A stretch of 64,000 nt of DNA, taken from positions 62,001 through 126,000 of the forward strand of contig JABLTG010000011.1 of NCBI GenBank assembly GCA_016618085.1. Direction: 5' to 3'. Source of the stretch: Neovahlkampfia damariscottae. Its lineage: Eukaryota. Positions 38,106 through 50,934 of the stretch are shown in pieces; the first letter of the stretch is position 1, and the number at the start of each line of letters is the position of its first letter. Below the pieces are notes generated by a model that had not been told where the DNA came from, made no database searches, and saw nothing but the letters and a program-made list of their open reading frames with translations. Position numbers and translations under genes: made by a program.

Positions 38106-38632
38106 GTGACAATACAAATTTCTATTAATTAGTATTTAATAACCAATCATTCTTCTTTTTGATAAACCAATCAAACAGATTTGTCACCAAAGAAGTGAAC
38201 AATGGTAGAAACTGTCAATATCAAAGACTTAGTATTATATGGAAAGAGAGAACTTGTTAAAAAGGAAGAAATCTCCAAGAAATTGGGTGAACACCTTCCT
38301 TTAGTTGGTCCAGTGGAGAGGAAAACCGATGATCTCAGCGCACCAGAACGAAAAAACCTTGATATGTCAATTCGGGAAAGCTTCCACTTACTTGGAATAT
38401 ATTCAAACGAAAGAAGTGAATAATCCAACAAATCCATAGAAAACTATGATCAACATTGTTTCAAATAACTATGTTTTTGGAGAATTGGAAAGAAGGAAAA
38501 GGTGAAATACAAGGACAAGAAACAAAAATCAACAAATAAAATTTTATTTCTGAAGAACTCATGTTCCAATTGAAAGTGTCGTGTTTCACCTTGAAGTAAC
38601 ATGTTATCCATAAAAGTGCAACGTTTCTTCCA

Positions 38633-38766
38633 TAACATGACTTGTTCTGAATAACATGACTTATTCGATTAAAACACCGCTTATTTGGAATAACACCACT
38701 TATTTGGGGTAACATGACTTAGTCAGAATAAAGTGGCGTTACTAAGTAAAACGCTATTTGTTCGAT
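38633..38766. repeat. Degenerate ~19-bp tandem repeat (about 7 units)
   Basis: Units start at 38633, 38652, 38672, 38691, 38710, 38729 and 38748; consensus ~TAACA(T/C)(G/C)ACTTATT.GAA. Confidence 0.75.
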
Positions 38767-38820
38767 TGAAATGCCATGCTTCAAGTTGTATACTAAGGTT
38801 TATTCTTGTAACGTAACTAA

Positions 38821-39180
38821 TTACATGGGAGTCTTATTATTTCTGAATTCCATCTTTTCAAACGTTGTATTAAAAGGTATAAAAGCAAACCAACCATCAC
38901 CGAATTTTAACACATTACTATCTGAGATCATGTCTGATAAAAATCTATCTAATTTGTTGACTTCTTTAAATATTTCAATTCTATTTTTAATTCTATAATA
39001 AATAACACTAATAACATCTCTATCATACACTCTGATATCTGTCTGATAAATTTGTTTCAAATAATCTGTAAATGGAAATAAATTGTTACAAAGATTTTTA
39101 ACCCTTTGTTCATGTAACTCCCATAAATAATTATAAATTTCATTGTATGCAACTAAATATCTATTCATATAATCCTCCAT
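38821..39180 (-). CDS. Orphan intronless 119-aa ORF inside the insertion
   Basis: MEDYMNRYLVAYNEIYNYLWELHEQ... open frame with protein-like composition. Confidence 0.45.
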   Translation of the reverse strand: MEDYMNRYLVAYNEIYNYLWELHEQRVKNLCNNLFPFTDYLKQIYQTDIRVYDRDVISVIYYRIKNRIEIFKEVNKLDRFLSDMISDSNVLKFGDGWFAFIPFNTTFEKMEFRNNKTPM

Positions 39181-39832
39181 TGTTTTAAATAATAATAATA
39201 TTAAATATTTAAAATTCAAACGTAACCATAAAAAGTGTTCCATAAAAAATGAAAATAAACTTTTGAAATATGAGAAAAATATAAAAATAAAAAAATAAAT
39301 TAATAAAAAAGACGGAACGAAAATTCTGGTGTCTGAAAGGAGAGTACGGTACATTGATTTCCAAAAAATACAATAATTTTGCAGTTTTTTTTTTGAGCAG
39401 CATAGCACATGGCAGAGGTCCCACTAGGAAACCAAGAGGAAATTTTAATTTCCTAGAGTGTTTATCTACCATGTGGATTATGCTGCTCCTATGAAAAACT
39501 TGGATACCCTTCAGTATATTATTTTGATGTTTCAGATTCACACTTTGACATGTTTCTTCTCCAAAGATATTGTTGACAAAGCTAGTGAAAAAGATGACAA
39601 GAAAAAAATTGAGCTTGGAACTGCAGATTACTACAAAAGCGTTCATGTTTGATCATATGACAAACTTGAAGAAGCCTGGCAAAAATTGAAAGAACAAGCA
39701 AAACAAGAAGGAAAAACTGCAAAATTCGGATTTGAAAAGTATATCAGTGACCCTGGCAGTACCAAACAAGAAGAATTAATCACTGAAATTTATTTGAGAA
39801 TTGAATAAAGATTCGAATTGGCCAATAGCATC

Positions 39833-40848
39833 ATGGGAAATTATTTTTCTGAAGAAGTGGATGTTGAAAAAACAAATTCCACTTTACCTCCAAACTGTTT
39901 TCAACTTTATGACTCCAAAATATCAATATCTAATTTAATTATTTTGCATGACAAACAAACCATGATTGTCTCTTCAGATTGCCAAATTAAATTCTTTGAT
40001 ATAATCAGAAAAAAATATGAAGGAAATTTAATACTTCCGAAATATATCATAAAAATACTGCCATATGATAATAGAAACTTACTTTGTTTGACTGAAACTT
40101 CGGTACATTTGTTTTTTTTTTAAACATTAAGATTTATCTGATTGACTCATATTCATTGAAGGTATTGGATGAATTGAGTGGAAATAATTATAATACGAAT
40201 TTTTGTTTGAATAAAAAAACAAATCAACTGATTGTTTTTTCAATTGACTCATTGGATTTGTCAACAATCACTCTTCCAACTTTCAAAATACTTTCAAGAA
40301 TATCAATTGATTATATGATTTCAGAAATGGTCTATTTATCTTCTACAGAAGAAATATTATTGTCTGATATTGAAGGAAATCTTTTTAAATTCAAAAACGG
40401 AAATTGTTCAACATTCGATGAATTATCTCATAACAAAACGATTCAATGTTTAATATCTCCTGAAGAATCAAGTTGGTTTGGAATCACTGAAGAAAATAGT
40501 AAAATGATTGAATTAAAAGACTCAGTGACAGGAAAATGTTTTTGTAAATTTGAAGATTCTAGTCCAATTTTATGTATTTCTTATTCAAATAATGATCTGA
40601 TTCTCACTGGAAATAAAGAAGGAGAAATTAAATTTTGGGACATTTCAATGGATAATTATATCAAATCATACATTGGCTTCAAAGATCCAATTCGAAAATT
40701 GTTATTATTTGAAGAGTCAATTATTGCAGGAACTCAAAAAGGAGCTCTTTATATTTGGAAATTTCAATCTATTGAACTCATTCTTTTGAAATTTTTAAAG
40801 AATCAAAAATTGATTGACCTAAACTTTAAATTTACCATATTTCAATAA
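39833..40848 (+). CDS. WD40-repeat protein with possible N-myristoylation site
   Basis: MGNYFS start; LTGNKEGEIKFWD and IAGTQKGALYIWK. One intron near 40103-40131. Confidence 0.75.
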
Positions 40849-41023
40849 ATCTCACTTTATAAACAATCAAATCGTTCACTCATCAGCATCTCTTCTATTT
40901 TTTTCCAAATTTCGGTTAATAGTAGATAGAGTATTTCTATCCATTCATGTGCCCAACTTTCAGATTTACCAATTTTTCAATTTTCAAAATAAAATCAAAA
41001 ATGAACTTTAAATTCAAAATATT

Positions 41024-41714
41024 TTAATAAATTTGTTCCCAATCAGTTCTTAGCCATTCTCTTTTATAAATTGCTGGATCAGCTGTATGATAACTTTCTT
41101 TCAATCGATTGTATTCATCTTTTTTGAAAAGTTTAATATAATAAAAACCGCTTTTTGGTGTAACACATGACAATGGTATAATAATAGCTTTGAATAGAAG
41201 AAAAGAAATTCCAAGCAGTATTGATGCAATCCCAAGTATCCAAACAACAATTTGATTTGTCACTAAAATTACACCAAGAACTGGAAAATTTAAAATCAAG
41301 AAAAAAAATACCAAAAAGCAAAAATGGACCTGACAAATTTAAAAAATATCCACTAAAAACTACAATTTGAAATATTTTTGGGATCATAAAAGGTGCTTCT
41401 GTGATGTAATGATTAAAATCATCGTTCAGCACCAAATATGTTTCAATACTGAAAATTATAATAGAAAAAATTATATAAACTGTTGAAAACACAAACACTG
41501 ATGCACCAGATATAATGTATATGATTTCTATCACTTGATGAGTTTTAAATTTTTTTTTTTTTTTACAAATTTTGGTTGTGTCATCATTTCCACCTCTGTA
41601 CAGAAAAATACCTCCTATTATGAATAACATTGGTATTATACATTCTATACATTGACAAAAAAAATTTAGAGTTGATAAAATGGTGTCTTTGTCAAGTTTT
41701 ACTTGTTGTTTCAT
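41024..41714 (-). CDS. Multi-pass membrane protein, unknown function
   Basis: Hydrophobic ORFs joined by small introns (41534-41566 and ~41283-41313). Confidence 0.55.
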
Positions 41715-41770
41715 TGACCAATAAAAATCATCAGAATTTTTGAAGTTCAATTTACCGTGATACCACAAAG

Positions 41771-44090
41771 ATGGTAAAGAAGGGTGGCAAAAAAAACAAG
41801 AAAAATAAAATAAAAAAACAAAAGAAGAAAAATGATTCTAAAAAGAATGACGACTCAACTGACGAAGAAGGTTTAAAAAATATTTAAGTATTTAAAAGTT
41901 ATTGTAGATTTTGGAGATTTAAAAATTTGTAAACATTTAGAATGTTGTGATGTTCAAAAATTCACAGTCAAACCTGAATATTGTCCATTTTGCAAATCAA
42001 ACGAAGAAACTGTAAAAAAAAAAAAAAGTAATACCTTAGATCGAGAAAGAATTATGGATTTGTTTGACTTGTGGATACATAAGTTGTCAAGAACATGCGA
42101 AATTACACAGTCTAAAATCCAGTATCGCCAAAAAGAAACATACACGACTTCAAGATCCTATTTTTGCTAATTTAAAAACATTTGAAACTATTTGCTTTGC
42201 TTGTGAACTTGATATTGATTCAGTAGAAAATCTATCATCTTTAGACATTCTTGAATATGAAAATAAATTAAAAATCATCATTTCAAAATTAAAAAAACCA
42301 CCAAAACCAGAAATCGAAGAAGAGTCGTCACAATACCACCAAAATCAATATGAATATATAACAGTATCAAAAAAGAATAAAAAAAAGAAAAACAAAAAAC
42401 CAAGTATTTATGAACTACTTTCATTGAACGAGTTAAAACCACAATTTGAACAAAATCAATTAAAAAGTCTCAAAGGATTGACAAATTTAGGAAATACTTG
42501 TTTTTTTAACTCAGTTCTTCAGTCCATAACTCAAACAAAAGAATTTTCAAGTTTCTTTTTAGATGTTGACAATTTAAGAAAAGATGTTGAGATTATTCAA
42601 ACAAATTTATATGCTGGTGATTTGTCTGCTTCTTTATGGTTATATTTTGTCAATTATTTTGCATCTGATTTGAAAACTATTAATCCAGGGTTTCTTTTTG
42701 ATCAAATTTGTAAAAAGAATGATCAATTTTCAAGTTATCAACAACAAGATGCTCAAGTAATAATTATTTTTTACTTTAACATTTCTAGGAATTGTTGAGG
42801 ACTTTGGAGGATTTTTTAAGAATGGAGTTTGAAGATCGTTTGAAATACAAAATAATTGAAGAAAATAAAATAGAAAATACTGAACAAAGTGAAGAGGAAA
42901 TTGTTAGTGAGAAGAAAAAAGAGAAAATAGATGCAGAAATTGACATTTCAAAAGAAGACAATGTTGAAGAGAAGAAAAGTACACCATTGAACAATAGAAA
43001 ATACACTAACATTGTTGATGAAGCATTTAAAACAGTCATGAAAAGTACAATTATTTGTCATCATTGTAAAAATGTAAACAACCATTCATCAATCTAATCA
43101 TTATTTTAATAGATTTCAACAAAATTTGAAGATTATTTGGATATTTCATTGCCAATACCACACTCTAAAAAAAAAGATAAAAAAAATGAAAGTGATATTC
43201 TTATGAAAGCATTTGAGAATCTATTAATACAAGAAGAAAAAATTTATCAGATACAACCTGATGTTCTATTGAATCCTGAAATTATTCAAAATTATAGATT
43301 AGAAGCAAAAGAGTGGTCCAATAAAGAAACAACTATTTTTGATTGTTTATGGTTGTTCACCAAGAATGAAATATTACAGGGAGAAAATGGTTATCTTTGT
43401 GAGAATTGTTCTCATTTATTTGATGATTTGGAAATCATTGAAGAGGTTGAAAAAGTAAATAATGATTTTGAAGATGAAAAAGAAGAAGGGTTTCCAGTAA
43501 ATAATGAAGAAGAAAAGCAAGAAACAATAGAAGATAAAAAAGATGATATTGAAGAATTAGATATTTGCACAACTTCAAAAAAACTAAAAGAAACAGTTGA
43601 ACCAATATCATCAAAAAACAGTAAACAGAATGATGAAATTTCAAAAGAACATATTATAAATGATGATAAAAAATCAAATAATCAAATCATAAAAATACCA
43701 AGAAAAGCATCAAAACAATTTTCATTTTTTGAATCACCAAATGTATTAACTTTACATCTCAAAAGATTTTTCAGAGAAGATGAAAGAAGGAGTTTCAGAA
43801 AAGATGATTCCAATGTGAAATTTCCATTAAATTTGAATTTAAACTGTTTTATGAATCCATCAAGTTTAGAAGAAAAAAATGAACAAAACTACAAACTTTA
43901 TGCTGTTGTTGAACATTCAGGAGGAATTGGAGGAGGACATTACATTTGTTATGTGAAAAGAATTGTATTTAAAATAGATGGAACATTTGAAAGAGATCAG
44001 TGGTTTAGAATTAGTGATTCAAATACTAGAGAATCATCAGAAAAAGAAGTTTTAAAAGCAGAAGCTTATATTTTATTTTATGAAAAATAA
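41771..44090 (+). CDS. Ubiquitin-specific protease with ZnF-UBP (USP16/45-like)
   Basis: LWICLTCG..SC...HA..H, GLTNLGNTCFFNSVLQ, QQQDAQE, LHLKRF and VVEHSG..GGHY motifs. Confidence 0.92.
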
Positions 44091-44135
44091 AAATTATTTT
44101 CTAAAAATAAACACCAATCAAAAACCTTTATCAAA

Positions 44136-45421
44136 ATGATGCAAAAACGGGATGACTGACTCTGTCTAAAATGAAATTACAATAATTTCGCTTCGAGATA
44201 CAATTGTGGTTCTTGTGGTGAAACAAAAAAACTACCTGGTGATTGGAATTGTGCTCAATGTGATTTTTAAATTTTGCTTCAAGAACAGATTGTAAAAATT
44301 GTGGAGCAAAAAAAGATAGAATGAAAATTGAAGAAAAAATTTATCCAAATGATTGGGCTTGTAAAACATGTAATTTTGTCAATTTTGCTTCAAGAGATAT
44401 TTGGTGAAAGATTTGAAATCAGTTTTTCAAAATAATGAGTTAAAAGATTGGTATTGTAGTTTTTGTAATTATGAAAATTTCAAATTCAGAACAGTCTGTA
44501 ATCATTGTCAAAAATTGAAATCAAAAAATTTTTTGACAGTTGAACCTCCTGGAAAATTACAAAAAGTATCCATAGGAAAATTTGAAAAAGAAAAATGGGA
44601 ACTCATTAAGTCTTCTAAATCATGAAAAATTGAAATCTATTTCTGTTTTATCGTATAATATTTTGATGGATAAATATGATGCTGGAATTTATAGTGATGT
44701 TCGTTGGTCAAAACAGTTTAAAGAATTTGAAAAGTTAAAACCGGATATCATTGCTCTTCAAGAAGTGAGAACGAACTATTTAAATTTGTTAAAAGAACAA
44801 GAATTTATTAGAAATGATTATTTTCTTGTTACTATGGACAAAGAGTTCTATGGGAATTATACTGCTTTAACATTAATCAAGAAAACTATTTCAATTGAAA
44901 ATAGTTACGCTTATAGGTATATCTCTTCTTCTTATTCAATTGCTATTGTGGTTGACATGAGAATCAATAATAAAATATTGAGATTGATCAATGTTCATCT
45001 CAGACCTTACTCAAATAATTATGGTATTAGATCCAACCAACTGAAAGAATTATATGATATCACAAAAACATCAAAGAATTTCATCATTTTAGGTGATTTT
45101 AATTTTGAATGTTTTGAAGATGAAAAATCTATTGACACATCAATTTGTTATGATGTCTTTTCAAAATTGAATCCAAATAAACAAGGTTTTACTTTTGATT
45201 CACTAGTAAATGATTTGATTGATTGGGAAGGAATTGACAGAAAAAAAGATAGATTCAGAACAGATCGAATTGTAGTATCCAATGAATCAGAATTCATTCC
45301 AAAAACAATTGATATCATATTCAATAAATCTCTCAAAGAATTATTACCAAATTGGAATTTAAAAAACTCTGATAAATTATTTATGGGTGATCATTTTGGA
45401 TTGTTGATGAAAATTGAATAA
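44136..45421 (+). pseudogene. RanBP2 zinc-finger array plus TDP2-like EEP nuclease, 5' part disrupted
   Basis: Four DWxCxxCxxxNFASRxxC units with two in-frame TGAs and frameshifts. EEP motifs SYNI, LQEV, NVHL, GDFN and GDHFGL are intact. Confidence 0.7.
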
Positions 45422-45424
45422 CTT

Positions 45425-48400
45425 TTATTCAAATAAATCTTCAAATTCATTAACTTCATTATAATTATTTGGTTCACTTGGTAATTGATTAACATCTTTT
45501 GTGTTTGGTGTTTCAAAGTCAATATAATCCGCATCATCAACATCAATAATTTCTTCTTCAACATGTGGTAAATCACTCATTGGGGTTGGTGTTGGAGTAG
45601 AATCTGGAAGAGTAGATGTTGAACCAAAGAATGCAGCAAGTGTTGATACTGCTGGAGTATTTGCTGTCCTATGAATTTGTGGTGAAAATGCATTTTGTGC
45701 TGGTGAAGGTGTTCCATGAATCAAACCTAATGCATCCCTCTTTAACACTTTTAATTTCTTAATTTCACCTTTTATCATTTTCAGAGATGAAATTGATTTC
45801 AAATTATTTTCTAATTCATTATATTGTTTTAACATTGATTCTGAAATAATTTCTAAATCTTTCTTTTGAGCTGTAATGCTGTTAATTGGTAATGCAGAAG
45901 TCGAAGCTGATTTTTCATCAATTTTGACACTTTGTAATGAACAAATTGGACATTTTTTCTTTTGATCAATTAAACAAGTTAAATGATACATATGACCACA
46001 TCCAAATAAAACACATTTGTTCTTTTCTTCATCATCAATATTATAAAGTAAATTTGAACATTGAAAACATAAAATACTCTTTTGTCTAATTCCTTTTCTT
46101 TTTTTTGAAATAAATTCACGATAAAGGAAATATTCATCATTTCTTAATAATTTTCTAACTACTTCTGAAATTCTTGTTTGAAATTGAAGAATTCCATAAA
46201 AATCTAATAAATCATGTTTTAGTTGTCCAAGTTCAAAATTTTTATATCTATTTAAAAATTCATTCAATAATTCTGTATTATCATAAATCAAAGGTGTAAT
46301 CTCTTCTTGAACAATTTTAGTTAATTTATCAACTGCAATTTGTAACCATAAAGATGTTAATTTTGGTAAATTTTTTGGATCTGTTGGATCTGATAAACGA
46401 TTCAATTCTTCTTGTTCAATTTTTTGTTTATCATTTTTTAATTGTTTTATTATTTTTTCTAAAGAATTTATTTTTGTTTCTTTTTGTTGAATTTGTTCAT
46501 TAATTTGTTTTTTCTTTTCAATTGGATAATCTAATTTTAATTCTTTAAAAAGACAATCTAGTTCTTCTTTTGTTTTTTTTAATATTAATTCATGATGTTC
46601 AATATCTTCATCAATTGAAATAGTTTTGTTTTGTTGTGAATTTACTTCATCTTCTGGTTCAGAAAAGTCACTTCCAAAATCACTTCCAATATCACTTAAA
46701 TCTTTTTCAATTGATTCATTATCATCATCATCATTATTATTTTGTATTTCTTCTTTAGTTTGTTCACAAAATTCTTCTTCTTTTTTACCAATATAACCAG
46801 ATCTCAATTCAAAATTATAATTATTTAAAGAATATGCTAATTTTGACCAAATATTGATAATTTCTTTTTTTAAAAGAGTACCACCTTCTGCATGACTTTT
46901 ACATGATTCAATAACAAATCTAATAGCTTTTACAATATCTTTATATTCATTCATTTGAAAAACATCAACTAAAATTAGATTTAGAGAATTAAAAATAATT
47001 TACAATCTGCAATTAATGGTGCTGATTTACCAAAATCAATTTCATGATTTGTATAAAAGAATGGTATTAAAAATGAATATTCATCATTATTTGGATCTTT
47101 TTCTTTTGCTAAAATCATTAGTTTATCTCTTAATTTTCCAATTTTTTTATTTAAAATTGATAAAGATAAATCAAATGCACCAATAATATCACCAATTCTT
47201 TCTAAAATATAAACTGAACCTTCCATAATATTATATTCTTGACATAATTTTAAACATCTATCAATATCAAAAGATGTTTGTCCTTTCAAAAAAATTGGAA
47301 CTTCTTGTGGTTCAAATTGACATAATAAAGAAAAATAAGTGAATGCAATTTCTTGATCATTTGAAAATCCTTTTTTTAATAATAATTCAGATGATTGATT
47401 TCTTCCAAATAGATTTTTTAAATATTGATATTGAACTTTTGGAAATTTATCAAGAGAATGTAAAAATAATTGTTGATCACTTTCAAAATATTTTGTAACT
47501 AATAATGTAGTTGAATCACCATCTAATTGAACTAATTGAGTTAAATGTTTTAAAATTCCTTTTCTTATAGATTGATAATATTCTAATTCTTCACCATTTT
47601 TTAAACTCCATTTTTTTATATGTTCAATTACATAATCAAAAATACTTGTTTGTAATTCTGTATTACTTAATATACAATCAATTGCTTTTTCATAATTATT
47701 ACTTTCAGTACAAAGTTTAACTGCTATTTTTTGTAATATTTTTTCTGTATTTTTTATCATATTTTTTCGATCTAATTCTGACCAAAATAAGTCAGCAATG
47801 ATTTCAAAATATATAACTTGATTTGAATTAATAACATTTGAATATTGATATCCAACTGATGAAAATATTCTATGAACAGCATCAATTTCAATATTTATTA
47901 TCTTTTTTGATGAAAATTGAGCTAACCAAATTGAAAAAGTTGAAACATCAGCTAATGTTGGCCATTTTGTTTGTCTTCCAATTGCCCATGCATTAAATGG
48001 TGGTATTGTTGAATCATAAAATATTGAAATTAAAAAATCAGCAACAGATTGTCTTGAATGTATTATAATATGTTTTGAAATCCATGCTGATTTTGGTGAT
48101 AAATCATAATACATTGATTCTAATATTTCAAAGAATCTATTAATATTGAACTTTAAAAGTGGATATAAATAAGTATATCTTTCAAAATTATCTTTTGATT
48201 TATCAATTTTAAAGATTTCTGATAAAAATTTTTGTTTTTCTTCAGATGTTGATTTTCCAATCAATGTTCTATTTAAATAATCATATAAATCATGATATGA
48301 TAAATTTGATTCTTCTGACATTTGAATTAATTCAATTAATGGTTTAATATAATCTCTTTTGACTACATTATAGATATAATGTTTAACATTTTTCATTTCA

Positions 48401-50773
48401 TATTTTATACATTTATCTAATAACCATTCATCATTTATTTGTGTAATATCTAAATGAAGAATACATTCTTGTAATAAATGAATTTCATCTTTTTCAACAT
48501 AAAATTTGATAAACTTTTCAAAAGAATCTTGTGGTATTATTGTCAATTTATCTGATAAAATATATTCTTCCAATAATCCAAATATAATATTTTTATCTTT
48601 TTCAAAATTTGACATTAAAATATTAAATATCATTTCAGTTCCTTTATTAATTTCTAAACTGGATTCAATTACAATTTTACCAATCTGTTCAATTTGATTG
48701 ATTTTTATTTTTTCATCATTTGTTTCATTCATTTTAATGATATGGCTCTGAGTTTCCATATATCCTTTCAATAAATCTACAATAGATTTTGAAATTAAAG
48801 CATCTCTTTGATCAGAATGTGCTGGTAAACCAAATGATGCATGTGATTTTCCTTTATACATATTCATTGCTAAATCAATAGCTTCTGTCCAAAGTCCTAC
48901 ATTAACTAAATTTTCAATTCTTTCATTCCATTTTAAAATTCTTAATTCTTTAATTCCTTTCATTCCCTTTATTGGTATAATGTTAGATTTTAATTTTTCA
49001 AACAAGTAAAGTAAAAGTATTCGCTAATGGAAATACAGATGAATGATATGATGGTCTTGGTATTCCAGATGTTTCAGTAATAATATCAAATCTTGAATGA
49101 AAGTTTAAAAACATATCTTTGACTGTTATTTTATCAACTGTTTGTTGTGAAAAAGGATCAATAATAGAGACTCGATGATGAATATCAATTACTCCTATAA
49201 TTTGTTCACCAAGCCATCCAACTGAAACAATATCGTTCATTATCTCCATTGAAGCAAAATTGAATAATTGAAATTCATCTTGAGTTGTGACTAATTTAAA
49301 AAAAACTAAAAAAAATTAAGAAATGAAATTATTCAATACATAAATGTTTTCCCCATCCAATAGCTAAAAGTGGTCTTCGATTTGAGTGACCATTCTTCCA
49401 TGAAATATAAGGAAGTGATGAAACAAAAACATCAATAGGTTTTTTTAAACGATATAATATCTTTTGAACTGGAGCAACTGTTAAAACAATTACTTCTAAG
49501 TCAAGTCCAATTGCAGCAATATCTAATTTATTGATTGGTCCATCATCTGTTGTTGATGGTAATAGTTTCATTTGTAAAATATTTTCATTATATAAATCAG
49601 AAACAATTTCTTCACTTGAAACATTTGTAAAAAACATAATCTTTTGAAAATTCAACAATTTAATAGCATCCTTTGAAAAAAATAAATTAAAATAAAAATT
49701 GTTACCTTTGAAGCTGCTATTGCTCTGTCATTACTCAATAAACTGAGAGCCCAAATTGGTGAATTGAATTCTTTTTCAATTTCTTTTACTATTGTATATT
49801 TCAATGTGTCCCATAAAACTAAATCACCATTTGCATATCCAGCAAATAAAAAATCTCCTGCAGGTGTAACATCAACACTACAAACTGGTACTTTTGTTTT
49901 TTTTATTAAAGGTGTAACTTTTTCATTTGGAAAGAATAATAAAGTTGTTCCACTTGACATACCAATAGCCATAAACTTTCTACAACGCTATTTCAAAAAT
50001 ATAAAAATATAAATTCCAAACATGAATAACATTAGGTTTGCCAAATGTTTTTCTTTTTTCTTTTATAAAATTTGAAGCAAATAATAAATCATCAACTTTT
50101 AGAATACTATGAGCTTTTTTATTTCTCTCCATTTCTTTTTCCTTTATTTTTTTTTTAAATTTATTTTTTTTTTCACAAACCTTTTCAATTTCATCATCTG
50201 TTTTTGGTAATGGTTGAATTGGTTCATACGTATATGTTTCTTCTTCATGAGATCTTTCATGTAATATTTCTTTTAAAATTTCTTGTTGATTTTCTTCTGT
50301 CATGATATCATCTTCATCACTTTTTGAGGATTAAAAAAAAAAAAAAAAAATTACATTGAAAGTTCTTCAAGTACTTTGATTGTTGTATCTGATGTTGTTA
50401 ATTCTAAAGTATTATAATCAGTTAGTACTTGGTCATTCTCTATAAATGAGTCTAATAACTTATTTATGCTCTCTTCAGTCATTTCGTCAAAGTCGTCAAA
50501 TGAATTTGGAACTTCATCTTCTTCATCTTTCAGAACTTCATTTATATCATAAATTTCTCCATTTTCTTCATCATCAGTAAATTCATCATTTTCTGTTTTA
50601 TCTGACAAAACTGTTTGTACTGGTATTTTTATGGGTGTTATAACTCCATTTGATTCATTTCTTGAATCTTCTTGTTTTAACAATACTTCAGGAATATCAA
50701 TATTATTTATATCAATTCCACCATCTGAATCTTCTGCTGATCCAAAATCACTTCCAAAATCCGAAACCGACAT
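45425..50773 (-). CDS. VPS8: VPS8-like CORVET subunit (WD40, alpha-solenoid, RING)
   Basis: AIGMSSG, AGYANGDLVLWD, LAIGWG, ILKWNERI, LLCQFEP..V..FL, LERIGD and a C-terminal C..C...FGCGHMYHLTC...CPIC. Confidence 0.85.
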
Positions 50774-50934
50774 TGGATTGTGTTGTAATTGGTGGAAAAA
50801 GAAACTTGATTAAAAACTGAAAAAAAACAATATAAAGTTATGAATAAAGAAAAACAATTTCAATCAATTTATTATATTCCGATGAAATTTGATTGGATAA
50901 ACTCAGAAACGTTTGAATTCGATCAGAACGAACC

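Larger units (their letters stand above)
38302..39470. mobile_element. Insertion of unknown type interrupting the GyrI paralog
   Basis: Non-homologous DNA between the two halves of the paralog. It contains 19-bp repeats, an orphan ORF and a terminal hairpin. Boundaries are approximate. Confidence 0.5.
38202..39808 (+). pseudogene. Disrupted tandem paralog of the GyrI-like gene
   Basis: 38202-38301 matches the N-terminus of 37641. About 39488-39808 matches the rest, with a frameshift and TGA at 39650 replacing Gly. The two parts are separated by ~1.2 kb. Confidence 0.85.

Noticed and set aside
38633..38766. CRISPR array
   Set aside because: The units are contiguous and degenerate with no unique spacers, there are no cas genes, and the context is eukaryotic.
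39650..44174. TGA reassignment or selenocysteine suggested by in-frame TGAs
   Set aside because: The TGAs align to three different residues (Gly, Trp, Cys), occur only in frameshifted loci, and intact genes use TGG for Trp and sometimes TGA as stop (32140-32142).
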